Shown here one piece after another: positions 1 through 10,894 of a stretch of DNA of 64,000 nt (the stretch's first letter is position 1; every line of letters begins with the position of its first letter). The notes beneath the pieces are model-generated. The model was not told the DNA's origin. It searched no databases and worked only from the letters and a program-made list of their open reading frames with translations. The DNA is taken from contig CAVPXM010000069.1 of the NCBI GenBank assembly GCA_963709405.1, positions 56,198 through 120,197 on the forward strand, written 5' to 3'. This DNA is from an uncultured Nitrososphaerales archaeon. GTDB taxonomy: Archaea > Thermoproteota > Nitrososphaeria > Nitrososphaerales > Nitrososphaeraceae. Position numbers and translations under genes: made by a program.

Positions 1-23
1 AAATATAATGACTCTGGACACTA

Positions 24-1385
24 TCAATATTTTTTATGTTCAAGCCGCATTCGCATACCATACTTGGGACGTAATGTAATAAGCGGCTTGAGTTCAACCT
101 TGTGGTCAAGATCATGAAACATTCTCCATTGGCGGCATATTGTGGCCACTATCAATATGGCTTCCATCCAAGCAAACGCCTCCCCTACGCATCCCCTGAT
201 GCCTCCGCCAAATGGGAAGTAACTAAACCTAGGAATCTGAGTCCTGGTCTCCTTTGTCCATCGCTCCGGATAAAAGAGCTCGGGTTCAGGAAAGTATTTG
301 GGGTTACGATGCATTACGTACTGACTCATTAAAATGATCGATTTGGCAGGTATTACGTAGCCGTCGACGCTGTAATCATTTATTGCTTGACGTCCAAGAG
401 TCCATGCTGGAGGGTAAAGCCTCATTGATTCTCTAACAACTTTTTCTGTGTATTCTAAGTTGGGTATATCTTCAACGGTTGGAACTCTTAGCTCTTGGCT
501 ATTCATATCATGGTTACTGCCATTACCGTTATTTAGTACAGTCTTTAGTTCCTCATATAATTTGGCTTCAACTGATGGATATTCAGACAAGAGATAAAAT
601 GTCCAAGTAAGAGCATTTGCAGTAGTTTCATGGCCAGCTAAAAATATCGTCATGACTTCATCTCTCAGTTGTGAATCTGTCATACGTTTAATACCGGCTT
701 CTGAATCTTGAGCATCTAACAACGTGTACAACAAGTCCAAGTTTGTTCTCCCTCTGGCTTCGTTATCTCGATGCTCTCTAATCATATCATATACGATAGA
801 ATCTAATCTTTTCTTGGCTTGTTGAAAGCCTTTGTTGATGGGCAGTATTGGTATCTTTTCAATAAGCTCTCCGAACGGCATAAGCAAGCGATTAAAGTAT
901 TCTGCACAAGTTAGCAAGTCGTCACCAACTTGACTTGCCTCAGCTGATTTAATGTCTGAACCCAAAACAGCTTTACTAATGATTGCTGATGTGACGTTTA
1001 TCATGCTCTTATGAATCTCTAATATTGTTCCATCATTCCAATCCCTGCACATGTTCTCCGCATATGATGTTACTATCTCACCATACTTCTTTACACGGTT
1101 GGGAAGAAATGCAGGTTGTATTATACGTCTCTGTCGATCATGATATTCTCCTTCGCTGGTTACAAGACCCTCCCCCAATAGGCGCTTTGAAACCTGCAAA
1201 CCTCTACTTTTCTTAAAATTTTTGTAATCCTTGACAAGTACATTCTCTATAAATTCCGGGTTATTTAGTAGATACACATGCTGTCTTCCAAATTTAAAAT
1301 GAGCTATATCGCCATACTCGTTCGCGATAGCCATGAGGGTTTCGGTGGGATTGTGGATAAATTCGCGCAATAGTTTGTTGGGCAA
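24..1385 (-). CDS. Cytochrome P450
   Basis: I-helix AGHETT, ExxR (ESMR), PER(W) and heme motif FGGGIRGCVG. The in-frame YPPGP hinge lies upstream of 1385, so the real start is probably the TTG near 1437 with a 1-nt indel in an A run. Confidence 0.95.
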   Translation of the reverse strand: MPNKLLREFIHNPTETLMAIANEYGDIAHFKFGRQHVYLLNNPEFIENVLVKDYKNFKKSRGLQVSKRLLGEGLVTSEGEYHDRQRRIIQPAFLPNRVKKYGEIVTSYAENMCRDWNDGTILEIHKSMINVTSAIISKAVLGSDIKSAEASQVGDDLLTCAEYFNRLLMPFGELIEKIPILPINKGFQQAKKRLDSIVYDMIREHRDNEARGRTNLDLLYTLLDAQDSEAGIKRMTDSQLRDEVMTIFLAGHETTANALTWTFYLLSEYPSVEAKLYEELKTVLNNGNGSNHDMNSQELRVPTVEDIPNLEYTEKVVRESMRLYPPAWTLGRQAINDYSVDGYVIPAKSIILMSQYVMHRNPKYFPEPELFYPERWTKETRTQIPRFSYFPFGGGIRGCVGEAFAWMEAILIVATICRQWRMFHDLDHKVELKPLITLRPKYGMRMRLEHKKY

Positions 1386-2279
1386 TATTGAAGAAGGTCC
1401 TGGAGGATATTTTATCGGTACGAGCTGCTGGTGACAATCTTGTCTTTTACTCCTGTATTCTCGCCAAGATATAAAGCTGTGTTATAATGATCTAAAAAGA
1501 AAGGGCGGCATGTGTTGCAATTAATTTAGTTTTCCTGATATCAACTGACTGCGACATGCTAATGACCGGTCACTGACATATTTCATAAAGCAGGAATATG
1601 GTTGGAGAACATAAGGATGAAAAAATAGTAGATTTCTTTATAAGATCAATAATTTAATTGACTTGCAAGTACAATCTCATATAAAAATAAATCGCTGCTG
1701 TATAATCCTTAGGTAACTTACCTCTCTGTCAACGATTATTATCAGATCCATTATCAATACAATATGAGAATGCCTTACATTCTCTTATGCAGGAGCTAGT
1801 TAATGTGTGTATGTTCTGTTCCCTTGAAATAACAGGCATAAGCTAAAATAAAAGTTGGAATATGGCTTCTCTGAATTGATGTTATCTAACTCTCGACGTG
1901 GAGCGATAAGCGATATAGATTATATCGCCACGCCAGGAACGATAGTGACGGGAATTCTCAGTCATATAGGCCCGCTTTTTAGTTGTACGATTGTTTACCT
2001 GCCTGAATAATATTGTCATTCAAAAAATTAGAAATAGCATGCATTACCTCAATAAAATTTAATACTTGAATACGGCTACATTCATCAAGTATTACGTTAT
2101 ATACTCCAGAATAGTATCTATGAACCACTATCAATATCCAATTTTCTATAAAACTGTCAAAGAAAATCTACTGGATTCAGTACAAAAAAAGTTGTTACAC
2201 TACCAATTATTTTCTTAGCGCACCTAAAGGCACGATGTTTCGTAATTGAGACACGCCAAAGACAATTGTCGTATTCAAT

Positions 2280-3245
2280 TCATTTTGGAGTTTCAATGAG
2301 CGAACCAACCACCTCTGTCCATGCGTCTGCTATATTTTTTAGATTATAGCCCCCTCCGCCCAAGGCAATTATTCTCCCATTACAGTACTCGTGTGATAGT
2401 CTATGCAAACTATCTGCTGCATATCTATGCGCCTTTGAGCTATATTGCAGGTGGGTTATCGGATCTCCGCTTATACCATCAGCACCACATTGTAAAATTA
2501 TCAATTCAGGCTTTGCTATATTCTCGACAAAAGCTTCAATTTCTTTAAAAGCAGCAATAAAATCGTTGTCAGTAGCACCTGGTCGTAACGGCAGATTCAA
2601 CTTTGTGTTCTTGGCATCGCCAACCCCTGTTTCATATTCAAAACCGGTTCCTGGATATAGATAATGACCGTCTTCATGGATATCTGCAACAAAAAGCAAT
2701 GGGTCATTTTCAAATTCGTAATATACTCCGTCACCATGGTGAGCATCTATATCTACATACAAGATTCTGTTGATTCCATACTTTTTTCTAGCTACTATGA
2801 TCATTACACCTATGTCGTTAAAAATGCAAAAACCACCTGCATAGCCTCGCCTTGCGTGATGTAATCCTCCGATAGGGTTGAATGCATGCAGAATCCCGTC
2901 TTTTCTTTCCACTATCAAATTCATTCCTTTAAGACTAGTACCAACGACATAGGAGGAAGCCTCGAATGCGCCGATGAAGGCTGGAGTGTCACCTCGATCC
3001 AAAAGACCAGTTCCAAGTTTTGAGGCATCTCTTACAAACTCTAAGTATGTCTTATCATGGAATTGGCTTATGGTTTCTGCTTTTGCAATTTCCGGAAGTT
3101 CTATTTTAATCTGGTTAGATTTCTGGAAATTTAATTCATTGAATTTTGACCAGAATGCATATAATCTATTAGAATTGAACGGATGCGACCGCCCAAATCC
3201 ATATCTTGCTAGTTCTTCACCGAAAAAGACAGCTGTACGGCACAT
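2280..3245 (-). CDS. acuC: Histone deacetylase family protein (AcuC-like Zn-dependent deacetylase)
   Basis: GGLHHA, GFCIFND, DIDAHHGDG, YPGTG, GAD..SGDP and GGGGY motifs. Confidence 0.93.
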   Translation of the reverse strand: MCRTAVFFGEELARYGFGRSHPFNSNRLYAFWSKFNELNFQKSNQIKIELPEIAKAETISQFHDKTYLEFVRDASKLGTGLLDRGDTPAFIGAFEASSYVVGTSLKGMNLIVERKDGILHAFNPIGGLHHARRGYAGGFCIFNDIGVMIIVARKKYGINRILYVDIDAHHGDGVYYEFENDPLLFVADIHEDGHYLYPGTGFEYETGVGDAKNTKLNLPLRPGATDNDFIAAFKEIEAFVENIAKPELIILQCGADGISGDPITHLQYSSKAHRYAADSLHRLSHEYCNGRIIALGGGGYNLKNIADAWTEVVGSLIETPK

Positions 3246-3588
3246 AACAATTCAAATTATGAGGTGGGTCGGAAGATAAGTATTGTGCAATTTGAACGGC
3301 CAGATTTGTTACGCCAACTGGATCACTAATTCTGAAAATTAACTAATGGTTTATTATCTATTGCCTAGCAAGTTGCATGGGAGTGCTTGGATACATCGAA
3401 TGCCTGCATAATGAGGAGGATTTGCAGATATTAAAGGTTGTATAGCACACCGTGCCTATGATTGATAAACTATTATTATTATCAAAAATTAGCAGATGTC
3501 GGCTAACTTACAGCTATGAACTCAGGATTTAGCTTGCTTAAAGATGGTACTTGTTTATCGTCAAACATTTTATTATGTAGCTAATAAG

Positions 3589-3972
3589 CTATACAAATCG
3601 TTCTTCTTGCTTAAGCACTTCTTCTCCACGAGCCTTTGTAGATATATCAAATGCATCGGCAACTTCCTTCACAAAAATATAACCATGAGCATGCTTATCT
3701 GGTTTCAAACTACTCGTAATATCATCGACAATCCCCGGCACTGCAGAATCGGTCACTATGGTTTCCACCTTGCTTCTTTTCACGAATTCTGGAGTGATCA
3801 TCCTTCCGGACATGTAAGCCCTAACTTGTTCCGGTATAGCGTCATGTTTAGTGCGGCCGGAACCCATAACCTCGGTAAAAGTCAGGCCCATGACATTATG
3901 CTTGTGAAGGATTTCTGTCACTTCAAATAGTTTTTCGTGAGGAATATAAATTGTTAATTCCTTCATTGACAA
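3589..3972 (-). CDS. P-II family signal transduction protein (divergent)
   Basis: MKELTIYI..., GLTFTEVMGSGR, SKVETIV, GYIFV and DISTKARGEEVL match the PII layout. Confidence 0.88.
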   Translation of the reverse strand: MSMKELTIYIPHEKLFEVTEILHKHNVMGLTFTEVMGSGRTKHDAIPEQVRAYMSGRMITPEFVKRSKVETIVTDSAVPGIVDDITSSLKPDKHAHGYIFVKEVADAFDISTKARGEEVLKQEERFV

Positions 3973-4343
3973 ATGTTAATTACTATTAGTAGAAATATAA
4001 ACATTTATCAATCAGCTTTTCAAGGTAAGAATGTCCAAAAAATTAGGTGTTTGTAAATTATTTGGCATATTTCAAAATTAAGATTGTACTTGGTTTAATA
4101 ATTGGTCTAACTGATTCAAATCGTTCCCGAACACCATATGCTACTGATGCACGTTAATCTGTTCACACAGAATTAGATTTTCGTGATCCATACTTAAAGG
4201 CTATAGGGATGCGATTTCCTTAGCTGCCTGCCAATTGAGACTAATTAGTTTCTTTATCTATGGCACCTATATTCCTAAATATCATATACTTTATCGCAAT
4301 GAATGCCAAAACCTGGCTGAATAGATTGTAATCCTCGTGGAGG

Positions 4344-5024
4344 TTAGTATACATTTACTATAATCCAGTATAACCCGTAGATAAGCAACAACAGATTCAA
4401 ACCCAGAAGAACTACAGTGTAAAACCTTGAAGTTAATATAGATATTCCCCTGAATGCAAAATAAGATGTACCTCCGAGCCAGGCATAATCCATCCATATG
4501 TGAAAAATAAATACGGCTAAACTACCTAACAAGATACCAAAAAGAGATATCGAATCAGAAATTATTTTCAGTCCTACAGTGAACCACCATACCAGAAAAA
4601 AAGGATTCAGCAAACTGAATAGAATGCCGCCAATAATTGGCTTGTTACCTAATGCATATTTACTCCTGTTCCCAGGAATATCGCCAGAAACAACATTATT
4701 CTTATTCCTAGCCATGATACTCCGAATTTGTAGGACTGAGAGAAAGATAATTGTGATCCCACCCAACAGTCCAATAAACCTGAGAATTTCGTTGCTCGCA
4801 ATGACAGGTGCCGAAAAATGGAATAGACCAATTGACAGTATAATAATTATAGGGAGCTCTACGATAGTGTGGCCGTACGCCGTCTTTATTCCACCACGAA
4901 AGCCTTGCGTACTTCCATAAATGAGATTGGCAAAAAATAGCGGCCCTGGAGATAGGACACCTGAGGCTGATAGAAGTATAACCTCTATTGCAAATTCAAA
5001 CGTATTCACGCTCAGACTTAACAT
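4344..5024 (-). CDS. LysE family transporter
   Basis: SGVLSPGP, GHTIVE and LLNPFFLVWW motifs; about 6 hydrophobic segments. Confidence 0.9.
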   Translation of the reverse strand: MLSLSVNTFEFAIEVILLSASGVLSPGPLFFANLIYGSTQGFRGGIKTAYGHTIVELPIIIILSIGLFHFSAPVIASNEILRFIGLLGGITIIFLSVLQIRSIMARNKNNVVSGDIPGNRSKYALGNKPIIGGILFSLLNPFFLVWWFTVGLKIISDSISLFGILLGSLAVFIFHIWMDYAWLGGTSYFAFRGISILTSRFYTVVLLGLNLLLLIYGLYWIIVNVY

Positions 5025-5961
5025 TGAGATAGGAGAATTAATAGTTAAAACGTATTACTATTAGTTGTGAATATCGCTTTTGAAATATAAAATTGCCACG
5101 TAAAAATAAATAATGAACTAAAATGCTTAACGCTTACATTATATAGACTTGGATAGATAAACGACAGAGCTTGGCAATGCTAAGACAAGGGAGGACTCTA
5201 CTTTTGAGGTGCCAATCAACCCAGGCATGGATTTACATGTAAATTCTTCCATCATTTTGAGTGATATAATGGTCGTGATTCCATAGATGGCGAGTGCAGA
5301 CTTGGCTGATACTAGATATCTAATTAGTAGCCACATTATGGCCTGGCTAAAGATTCGATAATTTATTGAATTTGCAATTTCAGATAACCTCAGGGATAGG
5401 ATATAATGGGGGAATTGATTTTCTTATCATCAAATATGCCAGACAATCCGTATCTTTCACCATCAATCACTTTACATAGACTCAATTATACTTTGTGATC
5501 TTATCAACATGCGCTATGAAATATTCTCACATAATTTGTGTTGGTAGGCTTAAAAGAATGAACCGACATCCGTTCTAAATATTATCCGTCGCGGCATAGC
5601 CTGATTTATAGTCCCTACAAGTATTATACCTTGAATGGAAACAAAAGGAGAAAACGTTATTATGGAGAATAAAATAGTTTCATTATTAGTCTATCACCGA
5701 TAAGCAAATCATTACCCCACCATCAAGAGGTAAGAAACCGATTATGAGTGCATTAGAATATATAGGCTTATGAATAAAAACGAGGAGCATCTTTAATCCA
5801 CCAAAATTAGAACACACAACAAAAATTTTAACACTGATGCCATATTTATCATCAAGATCCCAGATATATTCAAGGATGCAAAAATGGTAGAGTTAACTAT
5901 TGACATTGATTAATAAAACAAGTTTATTAATGAGCGTGATTATAGCGGAGAATAGCATACT

Positions 5962-8340
5962 ATGCCTAGTTCACGTTTGCTAAAAGGCCTGTTTGTTCCG
6001 TTGCTGGTATTTTTCTCGGTATCCATTGTATTGTTGATATCAACCCTTACGAATAGTAGCATTTTTACGCCGGGTTTTGCAAAATCTGCCGACCGAAAAA
6101 TATCGCTGACGTCATCAGGTGGGGGCGACGATCAAGGCCTCAGATCTAGAAATAATCAATTACGGAACGAGACTGAGCCTCCGTCAACATCACCGCCGTT
6201 GGTACCTGAGCCACCGACAAAGAGTGGAACCGGTACGCTTACCCTCAAAAAAATTGTGGTTAACGATGGTGGAGGTAACAGAAGACCATCAGATTTTACA
6301 ATTAATGTCGATGGAAATAATCCTACTCCACAATCATTTCCCGGCAGCTCTTCAGGCACATCAGTTGAATTAATCAATGGTAGATATTCAGTTACAGAAA
6401 CCGGTCCATCTGGTTATACTTCAAACCCATCATCAGGATGTTCGGGTTCAATAAACCCAGACCAGGAGAGGAATTGTACGATAACTAACGTGTACAATAA
6501 GCCTGTCCCACCACCTGTAACCACTGGAAAAATAATAGTTACTAAACAGGTAATTAACGATGGTGGAGGTAACAGAAGACCATCAGATTTTACAATTAAT
6601 GTCGATGGAAATAATCCTACTCCACAATCATTTCCCGGAAGTTCAGCTGGCTCCACAGTGACAATAAATCCTGGAAAGTATCAAGTATCAGAACAAGGCC
6701 CAGTATCTTCTCAATACGTGCCTGGTAAGTATACACCTATCTATTCAGCAGAATGCAATGGAGTTGTCAAAGCGGGCCAAACAAATAACTGTATTATCAC
6801 GAACAAGTATAATTCATTCATCCCAGGCCTGCTATCGAAATTAATAGTTACTAAAAAGGTAATTAACGATGGTGGAGGCAACAAAAGACCATCAGATTTC
6901 ACCATCACAGTACATGGAAATAGTCCTTCACCTGGGTCTTTCCCGGGAAGTTCCTCTGGGACCCACGTGGAGTTGAAGACAGGCAAGTACAGTATTACCG
7001 AAACGGGTCCTACCTCTCGCTACACCACTGACTACTCAAAAGATTGTTCAGGAAATGCTAGTCCTAACTCGATCAAGAAATGTAATATTACAAATGTCTA
7101 TCAGGAACCAGGACCAACTTCTAAATTGATAGTTATAAAAAATATTGTAAATGATCAACAAGAATCTTCAATAACCAAAAGACCATCAGATTTCACTATC
7201 ACGGTAGATGGAAATAATCCTTCACCTAGGTCGTTCCCAGGAAAATCAAATAGTGGTATTTCAATTTCAATATATCCTGGTAGATATTCTGTGACTGAAA
7301 AAACTCAATCAGGGTATACGGTAGACTACTCCACAGATTGTGAGGGAAATATAAAATCAGGGCAAACAAAGGTATGCATAATTACTAATGAAGTCACATC
7401 GCAATCATTACCTATCCTAGTTACACAACCAACGATCAAGAATATTACTGGATTCTCCGTCCCATACGGAGTTGCAACGGATACTGAAAGTGGTAACGTC
7501 TTTGTGACAAACTTCGGCAGATTCAATACAACTGGAAGTGTATCAATAATAAATAGTTCTACTAACAATGTAACAAGTTCTGTCCTCGTCGCTAAGAATC
7601 CGCAAGCTGTGGCTTACAATTCTGCAAATGGTCTTGTATACGTCGCTAATCTCTTGTCAAATACTTTATCAGTAATCAATGGTACTACAAGCAAGGTGGT
7701 AAATTCGATTCCCGTTGGCAAATCTCCTGGCAATAGTCCAAACGGAATAGACATTAATTCCATAAATGACACTGTTTACACAATCAATTCAGGATCAAAC
7801 ACCGTATCAGTAATAAATGGTACCAATAACTCGGTTAAAGGATATCTCTTGGGTTTCTTCACTCCATCTGGCGTTACATATAATCCGGATAATGATGCGA
7901 TCTATGTGACAAACAGAGGAACTAACGCGATATCTATAATTAACGGTACGACTAATGGCTTGATAAAAACTATTCCCTCAGGTGGCGCGTTACCCTCAGC
8001 TATAGTCTATAATGCGGCAAATGGACTTGTCTATGTCAGTAATACTGGTTCAAATACCGTATCCGTTCTCAATACTACAACTAACAGCTTAGCAGGAATA
8101 ATTGCAGTAGGTGCCGGTCCTAATGGTATTGCATATAATCCAAGCAACGGTAAAGTATACGTTGCCAATTCGATATCAGGAACAATTTCCTTCATAAATG
8201 GGACAACCAATACTGTAAGTAAGACGATCACGATCGGGAAGATGCCTATCGGAGTAAGCTACAATCCAAGTAACCATGGCATCTATGTTGCAAACGCGGA
8301 ATCAAATACTGTCACTGTAATTACTGAAAATGATCCCTAG
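5962..8340 (+). CDS. Secreted/surface protein: signal anchor, four SpaA/prealbumin-like Ig repeats and a YVTN beta-propeller
   Basis: Four ~95-aa repeats (K..VND...PSDFTI.V.GN.P.P.SFPG...Y.V.E...C.G...C.ITN), then about seven P.GV/A..N....YVAN..SNTVSVI blades. Confidence 0.9.
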   Translation: MPSSRLLKGLFVPLLVFFSVSIVLLISTLTNSSIFTPGFAKSADRKISLTSSGGGDDQGLRSRNNQLRNETEPPSTSPPLVPEPPTKSGTGTLTLKKIVVNDGGGNRRPSDFTINVDGNNPTPQSFPGSSSGTSVELINGRYSVTETGPSGYTSNPSSGCSGSINPDQERNCTITNVYNKPVPPPVTTGKIIVTKQVINDGGGNRRPSDFTINVDGNNPTPQSFPGSSAGSTVTINPGKYQVSEQGPVSSQYVPGKYTPIYSAECNGVVKAGQTNNCIITNKYNSFIPGLLSKLIVTKKVINDGGGNKRPSDFTITVHGNSPSPGSFPGSSSGTHVELKTGKYSITETGPTSRYTTDYSKDCSGNASPNSIKKCNITNVYQEPGPTSKLIVIKNIVNDQQESSITKRPSDFTITVDGNNPSPRSFPGKSNSGISISIYPGRYSVTEKTQSGYTVDYSTDCEGNIKSGQTKVCIITNEVTSQSLPILVTQPTIKNITGFSVPYGVATDTESGNVFVTNFGRFNTTGSVSIINSSTNNVTSSVLVAKNPQAVAYNSANGLVYVANLLSNTLSVINGTTSKVVNSIPVGKSPGNSPNGIDINSINDTVYTINSGSNTVSVINGTNNSVKGYLLGFFTPSGVTYNPDNDAIYVTNRGTNAISIINGTTNGLIKTIPSGGALPSAIVYNAANGLVYVSNTGSNTVSVLNTTTNSLAGIIAVGAGPNGIAYNPSNGKVYVANSISGTISFINGTTNTVSKTITIGKMPIGVSYNPSNHGIYVANAESNTVTVITENDP
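6260..6638 (+). repeat. 85-bp identical direct repeat between Ig repeats 1 and 2 (6260-6344 and 6554-6638)
   Basis: Direct sequence comparison. Confidence 0.85.
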
Positions 8341-8848
8341 CTAACGATGAACTTGTCTTGAATTCTAAAGAAATTTATTTTATTGAACTTTGTTCAATAT
8401 TAGAATGCTTACGCTATGCCGGCTCACGCTCTGATTCTTATGACAGTAAAACCCGCCATCGGTTTCATAAATTGACTAATCCTTCAGAGTGATGCAGGAT
8501 AAATAGACACGATTTTAGTTCGGTCTGATTATCAAGTGTTAAGGTGCATAATCTAAGGATTTCGAGATTACGTTGACATCGAGTAACTAGGATGTGGGAT
8601 CACATCTTCGCAATCTGGATGTGGTCTCAGTAGAAAGTGCTCTGGGGCATATTAAAGAGGAGAATTATCATCTTGGCAGAAATCGATCGGCAATTTTCGA
8701 CCAACCAAGATTATAAAGTTTTATTCACTATTCAAAAAAAGCACAAAAATGCGATTAACTCAGCTGGATTGTGAATATCTTTGTCTCGTGTATGAGTGAG
8801 TCTCTTCAGTGAGTAAATTCAATCAGCTCACATACGATCGTTAAAACC

Positions 8849-10032
8849 ATGAGGTTGATCATTCCAAAAAGGGTTCTCTTAGGACTAGTTGTTACGATGT
8901 TCTCGGTACTTGTATTCCTCTTGTCTCAGCTGAGTATGTTCCGCTCAGGCTGCGCGCCATCTTTACCCGTCATTACATGAAGAACGGTATATTCGATTGG
9001 TTAATAAGCATAGGAATACTATGCAGGGTGAGCCGGCTACAGATATTGTAGGTGTAAGCTATTTTAGTGATGGACAAACCTTGAATTCCACGATTTGGCT
9101 TATGGCCCCCTTTATTAGACAGCCTATTCAATACGATGCTTTGAATTGCGGTGTTATGGTTGATTCTGATTATGACAAGACAACTGGGGTTGGTGGTGTT
9201 GATTACCAACTTGAAATTAGCTGGAAAAACAAAACCAAAACTTGGGATAAGGCGATTACAGAGTGGTCTACTTCCGGACACGATAAACTTCTACATGAAA
9301 ATCGAAACTACACCGGGTTCTACCATAATGGGTCTTATTATGTCGCATTACCACTAGACTTGTCCACCATTCCATATCCTAATAAGTATAGGGTCGCGTT
9401 TTATGCGGAGTCAGAAAAAGGTGGGAGGCTAACTACAGATTTTAGTAACTGGATAAACATTCCACCAGCAAATCTCGCTATCACGACATCTCCTAACCCT
9501 ATTGTTGTAAGGCAGGGAGAGCAAAAAACCGTCGAAGTACGTTTGAATACGACGCAAGGGTTTGAACCCTTAGTTCATTTATCAGTAAATAACGTCCCAG
9601 GTTTAAATATGACTTTTAAGTATACCGCCATCCAGATACCTTCCCAGGGATTTACTAGTGTTCCATTAATAATAACTGCATCTAAAAATATCTCCGTATC
9701 GCCATATACTCTATTGTTATCTACAAATTCCAGCTTTCCTACAGCGGAGTTTATTGGAGCAAATGTACTGAAACTCAGGATTACCAGGAAAAAGTCTACC
9801 TGACTTCCTGACCCCGAAGGAAGAAATTTCGACTAGTCGAACAGTTTTGGTAGTAACGATGCAAGACGCGTTATCGGATATAGATCGGATAAGCGATTTT
9901 TGGAATAAGTTAGGGTCGCCCATATCATTTGTATATGGCATAGCAGCTGGTCTTTCACCATGGATTTTCAGTAAAGTAAAAAATAAATTAAAGAGACATG
10001 AGAGATGGTTATCTACAATTAAATCTGTTTGA
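8849..10032 (+). CDS. Secreted, membrane-anchored hypothetical protein (split by indels)
   Basis: ATG 8849 encodes a signal-like MRLIIPKRVLLGLVVTMFSVLVFLL. It joins ORF 8997-9803 (beta-rich) and ORF 9847-10032 (TM segment plus basic tail) through frameshifts. Confidence 0.7.
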
Positions 10033-10894
10033 CATTCAAGTGTAGATTTCACCGGACTAACTAACTAATACTATTCCTAGACAGGAGCTATCAGTGTTTA
10101 TGTAGAAACAACAGGACAGATGATGAGTGTCCCACCATTGGAAATTCAACCAATAAATGCGAGAGCGAATATTAAAGCCCTGTCTTTCTCCAATACCCTC
10201 TGAGCAAAGTGCTAGCTTAACCATAGTCGATCTAGTTGTCTACAATCCAATGCCAACGCCTTCTGCATATTACTTCTTTTGTAGGGCCGCATGACCTGGC
10301 GTGATTATCTAATACTATTGATAAGATAGGTTTTGACTCCACTTTTTCTATTCATGTTCGTCTATATCCATCAAGAATATCTGGGATATCTTAAGGGTAA
10401 TAAATTTAGTAATCAAATTAATATCCAATAAAGAATCAACCAGTTTAAAAGATTAGCTTTTAAAAATTCAGCACCATATATCTAAGCCGGAGACAATCTT
10501 AAAAAAGGTATTTGACGTTGAAATATCCTTTACACGGTAAAGATAAACGTAACAAATGAACTTTAAAATGACTTTGAGATATGAGTTCTCATATAATGGT
10601 AATATTGAAGTATATCTGTCTCGATGATGTGATTTGGCATATGACAATAAAAAAATCATTATATAGAATTATGCCTATGGAGCAAATCGAAATTGGTGAA
10701 GTTTCTTCGCAAGGACTTGCAGAACTTAATAATTGTGAAAAGGTTTCGCCAGTAATTGATTATGTTGTGATTATTATCAATTCTATGGCTTTGAGCCACT
10801 TAAAGAATCTGTCGTGGATTAGTTGCTCCGAACTAAGCCCTAATCTGTATCGAGTATTACCAGAAATTTGGAAGGCTTTCAGCCTGGAGTAATA

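Noticed and set aside
5139-5336. Short intergenic ORFs here and at 10468-10892, 33387-33674, 34843-35151, 45557-45980 and 46889-47104
   Set aside because: No motifs and atypical composition; probably chance ORFs or unrecognisable remnants.
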